Below are positions 8,114-15,564 of a DNA stretch of 32,000 nt, piece by piece. Both the position numbers and the translations under genes were made by a program. Within the stretch, counting starts at the first letter, position 1. Each line of letters opens with the position of its first letter. Source of the stretch: Pseudodesulfovibrio piezophilus C1TLV30 (GTDB lineage: Bacteria; Desulfobacterota; Desulfovibrionia; Desulfovibrionales; Desulfovibrionaceae); assembly GCF_000341895.1 (NCBI RefSeq), contig NC_020409.1:1230001-1262000 (forward strand), given 5' to 3'. The notes under the pieces are model-generated. The model was not told where the DNA came from and did not search any database. It saw nothing but the letters and a program-made list of their open reading frames with translations.

Positions 8114-9511
8114 TTAGACCATGTCTTCCATCGACCCTGCCGCAGGCTGCTCGTGAAAGCTGCGAGGGAGAATGATATTCAGGAGGATAGCTGTCAGCCC
8201 ACCCGTAGTGATGGCAGAGCTAAAGACCCCCTTAAAGAAGGGAGGGAATGCCTGCAAAACCTGTGGAACGAAGACAACACCAAGCCCCAAGGCAAAGGAT
8301 ATGGCCATTATCAAAACACCCCGCCGATCAATAATGCTGGAAGCAATAATTCTGATACCTGCGGCTGCAACCGTCCCGAACATGATCAGCGTTGCACCAC
8401 CCAGAACCGAACTGGGAATCACGGAAAAAACGCCACCAATGACAGGAAAGATACCAAAGAGAACCAGAAGACCGGCAATCCAATACCCAACATAACGACT
8501 TGCGACACCGGTCATCTGAATAACACCGTTGTTCTGGCTGAAAGTCGTGTTGGGGAAGGTATTGAAAACAGCGGCAAGAGCGGAATTGATTCCATCCCCC
8601 AGAATCCCGCCTGAAATACGCTTCATGTAGAGTTCCCCTTCCACCGGCTCGCCAGAGACCATGGAAGTGGCAGTTAGATCACCCATGGACTCGACGGTCG
8701 TAACCAAAAAAAGCAAAGCCATGGGAATGAGATGAGGCCAACTGATAGCCATGCCAAACTTGAAAGGAATAGGCAGAGCAATCAGTTCGAGCTTGGAGAC
8801 ACTACTGAAATCGACTTTTCCGAGCAACGCTGCCGCCACATAACCGGCTACAAGACCAAAAACAATAGCTCCCATGCGAAGCCACTTGTTGCTGCTTCTA
8901 TTGAAGAGAATAATCACGACCAGCACGATGGCTGCCAGTGTCAGGTTCTGAGCATTGGCAAAACTCTCGGGTTTGTGGGCAAGAAGCCAGGCTCCGCCTC
9001 CCACATCGGTCAGCCCAACCTTGATCAGAGAAAGACCGATGAGCGTGACGACGATGCCACTGACCAGAGGAGTGATTATTTTGTTAAGCAAAGGAACAAA
9101 GCGACTGAAAATCATCTCCACCGGAGAAGCGAGCAGACAGGTTCCGAAAATCGAAGCCAGCATTTCCCCTTCCGACCCGCCAGCCGCTTTAACAGAAAGT
9201 CCGATGCCGATACAAAGAGACAAAAAGGTAAAACTCGTCCCCTGAATACTGAGAATACCGGACCCAATAGGTCCGATTTTACGGCATTGTATAAAAGTGG
9301 CTACTCCGGAGACAAAAAGGGACATGCTGATCAGATAGGAAGACACTTCTGTACTGAACCCAACAGCCCCGGAAATGACGATTGCCGGAGTGACGATACC
9401 AACAAAAATCGCCATTAAGTGTTGAAGGGCGGCGAAAAACGCCTTGGCAGCACTCGGACGATCTTCCAATTTGAAAATCATCTCTGAGACGGCCTGCTGA
9501 TTGTTACTCAT
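8114..9511 (-). CDS. NCS2/NAT-family nucleobase:cation symporter, xanthine/urate type (XanQ/YgfO-like)
   Basis: NAT signature FSQNNGVIQMTGVASR (the Q-N form is typical of xanthine/urate carriers). Xanthine/uracil permease signature IPSSVLGGATLIMFGTVAAAG. Start moved to ATG 9511 (MSNNQQ...) because AAGGAGAGAG lies just upstream; the 29-codon extension in the ORF track has no RBS. Confidence 0.9.
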   Translation of the reverse strand: MSNNQQAVSEMIFKLEDRPSAAKAFFAALQHLMAIFVGIVTPAIVISGAVGFSTEVSSYLISMSLFVSGVATFIQCRKIGPIGSGILSIQGTSFTFLSLCIGIGLSVKAAGGSEGEMLASIFGTCLLASPVEMIFSRFVPLLNKIITPLVSGIVVTLIGLSLIKVGLTDVGGGAWLLAHKPESFANAQNLTLAAIVLVVIILFNRSSNKWLRMGAIVFGLVAGYVAAALLGKVDFSSVSKLELIALPIPFKFGMAISWPHLIPMALLFLVTTVESMGDLTATSMVSGEPVEGELYMKRISGGILGDGINSALAAVFNTFPNTTFSQNNGVIQMTGVASRYVGYWIAGLLVLFGIFPVIGGVFSVIPSSVLGGATLIMFGTVAAAGIRIIASSIIDRRGVLIMAISFALGLGVVFVPQVLQAFPPFFKGVFSSAITTGGLTAILLNIILPRSFHEQPAAGSMEDMV

Positions 9512-9703
9512 AAACTCTCTCTCCTTATACATTAAATCAAAACACTGAATCACGACATTTTTGTAAAACCGCAGCAGCCTCCACCTGAAAAAAGTCACTT
9601 TCAGACATCCAGAAAATACCGACTGATATTAGGGTAATTCGAAGATATGTAAGCAATACAGGCAAGAATCAATCTTTGAAGATATGACCGTTCCGCAGTT
9701 ATC

Positions 9704-9730
9704 AAAAAAACGGAGAGGGGCATCCCCTCT
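9704..9730 (-). terminator. Terminator-like hairpin inside the permease upstream region (candidate attenuator or sRNA 3' end)
   Basis: On the - strand: AGAGGGG-atg-CCCCTCT, then ccg, then T7. It lies about 190 nt upstream of the permease ATG and about 130 nt downstream of the operon terminator. Confidence 0.55.
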
Positions 9731-9860
9731 AATTCTTCAAATTTGCAAGGACCGTACCTATCCCTTCTCGATTTCGAATCATTTTCCCCAAAAAAAAAAG
9801 AATCGATTGACGGGCAGGTTTTCCATTTCAGAGGTGGTGTTACCCCACTTGAATCACAGG

Positions 9861-9888
9861 AAAAAAAAAGACATCTCAAGGATGTCTC
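9861..9888 (-). terminator. Rho-independent terminator of the long catabolic operon
   Basis: On the - strand: AGACATC-cttga-GATGTCT followed by T9. It starts about 18 nt after the stop at 9906. Confidence 0.8.
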
Positions 9889-9905
9889 AAAGCAAGAATG
9901 TTTGA

Positions 9906-10928
9906 CTATTTTCCAAATGGACAATGAGGGTAAAGACACTCGGGACAGTTGAGACAAAGGCCGCCGTGGGCCTTGTTCACTATAAAGTCACCGCTGATCC
10001 TATCTTTGGCAAAGAGACGGGGAAGCACCAAATCAAGCATGGTTGTCTTGTGGAACATCCCACAGGCGGGGACTCCGATAATGGGGAGGCTCTCCCTGTA
10101 TGCCATCATGAACATGGCTCCGGGGAGTACAGGCGACCCATACGTTATTATATCGGTCGCAAAGTGGGCAATAACGGATGGCGTCAAGTCGTCTGGATCG
10201 ACGCTCATACCACCGGCAAAGACCAGAAGGTCAACATCTTCAGCCATAACCATCTCGGCCTTGTCATGAAGAAAATCTCTCTCGTCAGGGGCATAGATTT
10301 TTTTGACAACCTGCCCACCGAGAGAAGCGATCTTCTGTTCAATGACATCGGAAAATGTATCTTTGATACGCCCTTCAAAGACCTCAGATCCCGTCATAAT
10401 CAAGCCAACTTTCAACGGGTGGAAAGGTCTGACCTGCACAAGAGGGGTGCCCTCTCTGACAACACTCCTCTCGATATCCGACAAAACTTCCTTACCGATG
10501 GTCAGGGGGATTATCTTAACGCCAGCCAGCATATCCCCTTTTTGGACAATGGAATCGGTATGCCGGGTGGCAACAATAACTCCTTCCGCTCCATTGACGC
10601 GCTTCAAAAGTTCGACATCAATATCCAGTAATCCAGTGCAGGAGCTGAAAAGGCTGACTTTTCCCTCGGCTGGCTCAGCCCTTTCTACATGGGGTCCTTC
10701 CAGAAGCGTGGCCAGGAAGACGGCTCCATCATTCTCATGCAAAGCGTTGTCGGAAAGCTCAAAAACATAGAGGTGATTTTTCCCCATATCTTTTAAAACA
10801 GGGATATCCGACTCTCCAACAACATGCCCTTTTCTAAAGGCCACTCCTTTGCTCTTCCCCTTAACAATACGGGTAAGGTCATGGGCCAGTACTGAACCGA
10901 CGGCTTTCTCTACTGCTATTTTTTCCAC
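9906..10928 (-). CDS. MoeA-like / MoCF-type molybdopterin-binding domain protein with C-terminal CX2CX2CX4C motif
   Basis: 340 aa. The N-terminus MEKIAVEKAVGSVLAHDLTRIV resembles the MoeA-like proteins found next to xanthine dehydrogenases. The central Gly-rich part (LLVFAGGMSVDPDD) is typical of the MoCF biosynthesis domain. Apparent GTG start lies 7 nt after the upstream stop, with no clear SD sequence. Confidence 0.7.
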   Translation of the reverse strand: MEKIAVEKAVGSVLAHDLTRIVKGKSKGVAFRKGHVVGESDIPVLKDMGKNHLYVFELSDNALHENDGAVFLATLLEGPHVERAEPAEGKVSLFSSCTGLLDIDVELLKRVNGAEGVIVATRHTDSIVQKGDMLAGVKIIPLTIGKEVLSDIERSVVREGTPLVQVRPFHPLKVGLIMTGSEVFEGRIKDTFSDVIEQKIASLGGQVVKKIYAPDERDFLHDKAEMVMAEDVDLLVFAGGMSVDPDDLTPSVIAHFATDIITYGSPVLPGAMFMMAYRESLPIIGVPACGMFHKTTMLDLVLPRLFAKDRISGDFIVNKAHGGLCLNCPECLYPHCPFGK

Positions 10929-10935
10929 GGGAAAT

Positions 10936-11472
10936 CTAAAACAATGGTGGCGTGATGGTTGAGATGAAAACCATCATCTCGGACCCCACGTTTTTTATCT
11001 GGTGGGGGATGCTTCCCTGATAGTAAATGGTATCCCCCTCTTCCAGAGAATATTCGTCTTCGCCGATGCGAATCCACATCTTCCCTTTCAAAACATAAGT
11101 GACCTCTTCACCCGGATGGGGCAGAGGCTCTTCGCACGTCATTGCTCCCGGCTCAAGTTCCCCCATGAACATCTCCATCTGACGATTCAAATCAGGACAA
11201 AGAAGCTCATAGGTCATATGAGAATTATGAAAATTCAGCTTGCGACGCTGATCCTTTTTGACCACAGCCTTTTGATCATCATCTTCCATGAGAAAGTAGA
11301 AAACGGGCACATTCAAGGCTCGAGATATCTTTCGAAGTGAAGTAACCGAAGGTTCAGCCAGATCCCTCTCGATCTGACTCAAAAAGCCTGGTGTCAAATC
11401 CGTCATTTCAGCCAATTTTTTTTGGCTGATACCAAGCTCAATTCTCTTTGCCTTTATTTTCCTACCCAGCAT
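10936..11472 (-). CDS. XRE-family HTH plus cupin-domain transcriptional regulator (PuuR-like architecture)
   Basis: HTH: LGRKIKAKRIELGISQKKLAEMTDLTPGFLSQIERD. C-terminal cupin: HPGEEVTYVLKGKMWIRIGEDEYSLEEGDTIYYQGSIPHQIKN. I prefer ATG 11472 (GGAG 7 nt upstream) over the TTG at 11490. Confidence 0.85.
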   Translation of the reverse strand: MLGRKIKAKRIELGISQKKLAEMTDLTPGFLSQIERDLAEPSVTSLRKISRALNVPVFYFLMEDDDQKAVVKKDQRRKLNFHNSHMTYELLCPDLNRQMEMFMGELEPGAMTCEEPLPHPGEEVTYVLKGKMWIRIGEDEYSLEEGDTIYYQGSIPHQIKNVGSEMMVFISTITPPLF

Positions 11473-11510
11473 AAACTTCTCCAAGGTCAATCAAAATCGA
11501 CTTGCTCATG

Positions 11511-14237
11511 TTATGATTTCAACGCTTTCAAGACCTTCTCAGGTTTCATAGGCAGGTGTGTCAACCTTTTCCCTATAGCATCATAGATGGCATTCGCGAT
11601 GGCCGGAGCCAGAGGATTCAACCCGACCTCGCCCATTCCCTTGGCGCCAAACGGCCCTTTTTCCTGGGCTTCTTCCACATAGCTCGCTACCACGGGAGGC
11701 ATGCTCTCACTCGTCAGAAGTCCGAAGGATTTCAGGTTCTGAGGGAGCATCTTCTCTCCATCCGAGACGAATTCTTCAGTCAATCCAAGTCCGACCCCCA
11801 TGGCGACAGAGCCTTCTATCTGACCGATGACATTCTTGGGATGAATTGCCTTGCCGACGTCCTGAGAGGAATAAACCTTGAGCACTGTGACCTCTCCGGT
11901 CTGGGTGTTCACCTCCAAAGCCACAGCGGATGAAGCAAAACAATACGAATAATGGATATCATAAGTGGAACGGTCTTCCCCTTCCTTGTAGTTGGCATCG
12001 GTTCGATGAGCGTGAGTCTTAGGCGGATAGTAATCATGTTCAACCTTGGTTTCCACCCCATCCTTCCGAGCCTGATTCCAAGCATTTCTCAAGTGCTCGC
12101 ATGAGACGATTCCACTCTCTGCCAGGTAGGGAGCAAGAGTCTTTTTCAATATTTGAGCCGCTTCCTTGACTGCGTTTCCAGTCACAAAAGTCTGCCGAGA
12201 GGCAGTGGTCATACCACCATCAGGACAGGTCAGGGTGTCGCAGGCGACCACGTCAATAAGCTCATAGGGAACGCCAAGGACACTTCCCGCAATCTGGGCA
12301 CTCAAGGTATCCACCCCCTGCCCCATATCGGTCGCTCCAATACTGACCAAAATCCTCCCCTGTTCTGTCATTTCCACATAAGCGCCGGCCTTGTCTGCCA
12401 GACCAGTGCCGATGCCGACATTTTTGTAAGCACTGGCAAGGCCAAATCCCAGCTTGAGATGTCCTGGCCGCTCCACGGAAGAGAACTCTTCTTTCAATGC
12501 CAAAAGTCCCTTGTGGGCATCTTTCAAAGTATCAAGATAGCCGATGCCATCATGCAAAAGTTGGCCTGTACTCGTCTCTACTCCTTTGGTGAACCCGTTG
12601 ATTTCCCGCAATGTAAATGGGTCCATACCGATGGCCTCGGCCAATTGGTCCATCTGACTTTCACAGGCAAAGCTGGCCTGGGTACTGCCGAATCCTCTGA
12701 ATGCTCCATGAGGATTCTTATGAGTATAGACACCATAGGAATCAGCCTCCACATTCTCGACTTTATAGGGACCGGACGCCGTGACTGCGGAACGGAATAT
12801 GACAGGTTTTGTCTGAGAGCTATAGGCTCCGGCATCACCAATGACTCTGGACCGCATGGCAGTGATGCGACCATCCCTGGTCACTCCATGCTTCATCCAT
12901 ATCTTCATGGGATGCCGTTTGGTGCTCATGCGAATGGATTCTTCGCGAGTCATGACCATTTTCACAGGCCTGTTAGTCAAGAATGTCCCCAAAGCTGCCA
13001 AGAGCTGCACAGTGGGTTCTTCCTTGCCTCCGAAACCGCCTCCTGTGGCCGTGAAAACAACCCGCACCTTGTCATCTTCAAGACAAAGATTTTCCTGAAC
13101 CATCTTCTTGAAGGCCAGAGATCCCTGGCTGCCGGAATAGAGCGTCAGCACCCCATCAACCATCTTGGTCAAACAGGATTCCGGCTCTAGATAAGCGTGC
13201 TCCACGGCCTGTGTCTGATAAATATTTTCTATCACAACATCAGCCTGGGCAAACCCTTTCTCCACATCGCCTTTGCGGACACTCACGTGGTGAATGATGT
13301 TGTTATCAGTATCTTCATGGATACAAGGCGCACCATCCTTGATGTTCTCTTCAGCGTCAGTCAAAGGTTTCAAGACCTTATACTTGACAGAAACCCTGGA
13401 AGCTCCAAGCCTGGCTGCCTCGAGAGTCTCTCCATAAACACACGCAACCACATCACCGAAATATTTTACTTTATCCTGACACAACACAGGCTGTTGCGGG
13501 ACAAAAAGTCCAAATTTATTTATACCAGGCACGTCACCAGAGGTCGCGACCCTCGCAATACCGTGGACAGCATCGGCTTCGGCAGTCTCTATGGCAAGAA
13601 TCTCTGCGTGGGCGTGTTCACTAAATACGGGGACCCCGTAAAGCACCTCATCTTCCTTGAGATCTGCAGCAAAGATGGGCGCTCCGACAACCTTGGCAAT
13701 ACCGTCCTTCTTGGGAACATTAGCACCGATATAATCACCCCTATCAAACGTTCCGGAGGTCTGCTGAATATCCCCCCGCATGATGGCGGCAGCCTTGTGT
13801 ATGGCCCTGAAGATCGCACCGTAGCCGGTGCAACGGCAAATATTATGCCGCAGAGCATGTCGCATTTCCTCATCCGAGGGGGAAAGAGTGCGGCCCAGCA
13901 AAGCCTTGGCCGCCATGATCATACCCGGAGTACAAAAACCGCATTGTACGGCACCTTCTTCAATGAAAGTCGCCTGCAAGGGGTGCAGCTTGTCTTCAGT
14001 CCCAAGGGACTCAATGGTTTCGATCGCGCTCTTATCACAAGACCCCATGGTCACAAGACATGAACGCTTGGCTTGCCCATCAATGACCACGGTACAGGTT
14101 CCGCAGTGCCCTTTCCCGCAGCCGTTTTTAGCACCCATAAGCCCCTGCTCCTCACGCAGGAAATCGAGCAGTCGGCGTTTTGGATCAACCAAGGTTTCTA
14201 CTTGTTTACCGTTGATCGTGCATCTGATGGTTTTCAT
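11511..14237 (-). CDS. Fused [2Fe-2S]/molybdopterin xanthine-dehydrogenase-family hydroxylase (XdhD-like, 908 aa, no FAD domain)
   Basis: N-terminal 2x[2Fe-2S] motifs: CGKGHCGTCTV...C and QCGFCTPG...CRCTGY. Moco-domain motifs: GGGFGGKEE, GAFRGFGSTQ, TDMGQGV and catalytic-Glu region GAKGMGEVGLNP. RBS AGGGGG upstream. ATGA overlap with the upstream gene. Confidence 0.88.
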   Translation of the reverse strand: MKTIRCTINGKQVETLVDPKRRLLDFLREEQGLMGAKNGCGKGHCGTCTVVIDGQAKRSCLVTMGSCDKSAIETIESLGTEDKLHPLQATFIEEGAVQCGFCTPGMIMAAKALLGRTLSPSDEEMRHALRHNICRCTGYGAIFRAIHKAAAIMRGDIQQTSGTFDRGDYIGANVPKKDGIAKVVGAPIFAADLKEDEVLYGVPVFSEHAHAEILAIETAEADAVHGIARVATSGDVPGINKFGLFVPQQPVLCQDKVKYFGDVVACVYGETLEAARLGASRVSVKYKVLKPLTDAEENIKDGAPCIHEDTDNNIIHHVSVRKGDVEKGFAQADVVIENIYQTQAVEHAYLEPESCLTKMVDGVLTLYSGSQGSLAFKKMVQENLCLEDDKVRVVFTATGGGFGGKEEPTVQLLAALGTFLTNRPVKMVMTREESIRMSTKRHPMKIWMKHGVTRDGRITAMRSRVIGDAGAYSSQTKPVIFRSAVTASGPYKVENVEADSYGVYTHKNPHGAFRGFGSTQASFACESQMDQLAEAIGMDPFTLREINGFTKGVETSTGQLLHDGIGYLDTLKDAHKGLLALKEEFSSVERPGHLKLGFGLASAYKNVGIGTGLADKAGAYVEMTEQGRILVSIGATDMGQGVDTLSAQIAGSVLGVPYELIDVVACDTLTCPDGGMTTASRQTFVTGNAVKEAAQILKKTLAPYLAESGIVSCEHLRNAWNQARKDGVETKVEHDYYPPKTHAHRTDANYKEGEDRSTYDIHYSYCFASSAVALEVNTQTGEVTVLKVYSSQDVGKAIHPKNVIGQIEGSVAMGVGLGLTEEFVSDGEKMLPQNLKSFGLLTSESMPPVVASYVEEAQEKGPFGAKGMGEVGLNPLAPAIANAIYDAIGKRLTHLPMKPEKVLKALKS

Positions 14238-15100
14238 CTCGCCCCCTTATATTGATCCATATGATTTGTTGTCAGGTAGTGGGATAAAAGATTCAGAGCC
14301 ACTGTTTTTCTGTATTTTGCTGTTGATCGTTGATCGTCGATAGGTGTCAAAAGGGAGAAAAGATTCTCCCTGAGAAGCGTTGTATCCAAATTAGCAAGAG
14401 GAAATTCCTTTCCCAAAATGAGGCTCTTGATTGTATCATTGAGCAGAGTGACTCGAGGGCCCATGGCCCCGAAAGCGGCATCCATGTCGATGACACTCTT
14501 GTCATCGAGGAGAAGCCGCAGGGCAAAGGAAGCTTTTGAAATCGCATCAGCCTTGCGATTCCCCATCTTCTCGAAGACATAAAAATACCTTTTCGACAAA
14601 AAGGCTTCGTTGATCCTGATCATGATCAGCAGTTCGTTTCCCTTGCGCCCGGTTTGACCAGGACCGGTGATAAACTCTTCCAAAGGAAGAACTCGCTCCC
14701 CTTCCTTGGATGCCAGAACGACCTCTGCCTTAAAAAGGAAAAGTAACGGCAGGGCATCTCCCGCAGGAGAAGCATTGCAAATATTGCCCCCGAGGGTTCC
14801 CTGGTTGCGAATGGCCGGAGAGCCGATCTGGGACAGAGCTTTTTTGAAAACCACGGGGACCTCTGCCGCCTTAATGATATTGGCATACGTCTCGCAGGCT
14901 CCGATACAGAGGTATCCCTGTTCTTTCCAAACACCCTTTAATTCCTTGAGATCACCTATGAAAAGTGGTGGCAGAGCATGCTTCATGGCCCCACCCTTGA
15001 AACGAATCATCACATCAGTCCCGCCAGCAACCGGCATGAAGGGCTCCACCTGCGCCAGGCGCAGTGCATGGTCCAGACTGGAAGGGATAGAACCTACCAC
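14234..15100 (-). CDS. FAD-binding subunit of xanthine-dehydrogenase/CO-dehydrogenase family (CoxM/XdhB/YgfM-like)
   Basis: 288 aa. Motifs: PSSLDHALRLA...PVAGGTDVMI and GSPAIRNQGTLGGNICNASPAGD. GTG start overlaps the small-subunit stop by 7 nt. Confidence 0.85.
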   Translation of the reverse strand: MVGSIPSSLDHALRLAQVEPFMPVAGGTDVMIRFKGGAMKHALPPLFIGDLKELKGVWKEQGYLCIGACETYANIIKAAEVPVVFKKALSQIGSPAIRNQGTLGGNICNASPAGDALPLLFLFKAEVVLASKEGERVLPLEEFITGPGQTGRKGNELLIMIRINEAFLSKRYFYVFEKMGNRKADAISKASFALRLLLDDKSVIDMDAAFGAMGPRVTLLNDTIKSLILGKEFPLANLDTTLLRENLFSLLTPIDDQRSTAKYRKTVALNLLSHYLTTNHMDQYKGAR

Positions 15101-15561
15101 AGTCCACCCCCATTTTTCGCAGCCAAAAGAACTGCCTCGAAAATCAAATTATAACCGGTGCAACGGCAGAGATTGCCGGAAAGGGCCTCCTTCACTTCAG
15201 GAAGGGTCGGATCAGGATTTTTCACAAGCAGAGCATGGGAAGCCAAAATCATCCCTGGCGTACAGAACCCACATTGCACCGCACTACAGCGTGCAAAGGC
15301 CTCATCAAGACACTTGAACTGAGGTGTCCCCTTGAATCCTTCTATGGTCAACACAGACTTTCCCGCCACATTGGCCAAAGGATAAATACAGCTAGTATGC
15401 AGTGTGTCATTGATGAGAAGACTACATGCCCCACACTCTCCTTCGCCACACCCCTCCTTGCTGCCCATGAGACCAAATGAACTGCGTAGAACATGTAGAA
15501 GAGGTGTCGAGAGAGGAGAATTCACAGAAACAATTTTATTATTCAATGTAAAAGAGATCAT
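15094..15561 (-). CDS. [2Fe-2S]-binding small subunit of xanthine-dehydrogenase family
   Basis: 155 aa. Motifs: CGEGECGACSLL...C and QCGFCTPG...CRCTGY. Confidence 0.9.
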   Translation of the reverse strand: MISFTLNNKIVSVNSPLSTPLLHVLRSSFGLMGSKEGCGEGECGACSLLINDTLHTSCIYPLANVAGKSVLTIEGFKGTPQFKCLDEAFARCSAVQCGFCTPGMILASHALLVKNPDPTLPEVKEALSGNLCRCTGYNLIFEAVLLAAKNGGGLW

Positions 15562-15564
15562 TAT

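Noticed and set aside
7920-8117. 65-aa + strand ORF between the secreted-protein gene and the permease gene
   Set aside because: It contains the strong bidirectional terminator hairpin (7961-7997) within its coding range. It has no RBS, and the annotated start is not an ATG.
9601-9957. 118-aa - strand ORF, and the 73- and 69-aa + strand ORFs, in the permease upstream region
   Set aside because: They span both terminator hairpins and homopolymer runs, overlap the end of the MoeA-like gene, and have no RBS. I treat the region as non-coding leader.
12153-14063. Long + strand ORFs (12153-13190, 345 aa; 13197-14063, 288 aa)
   Set aside because: They are fully antisense to the 908-aa hydroxylase gene, which has unmistakable family motifs. 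Their translations are low-complexity and rich in Ser, Arg and His, and they have no RBS. They are shadow ORFs.
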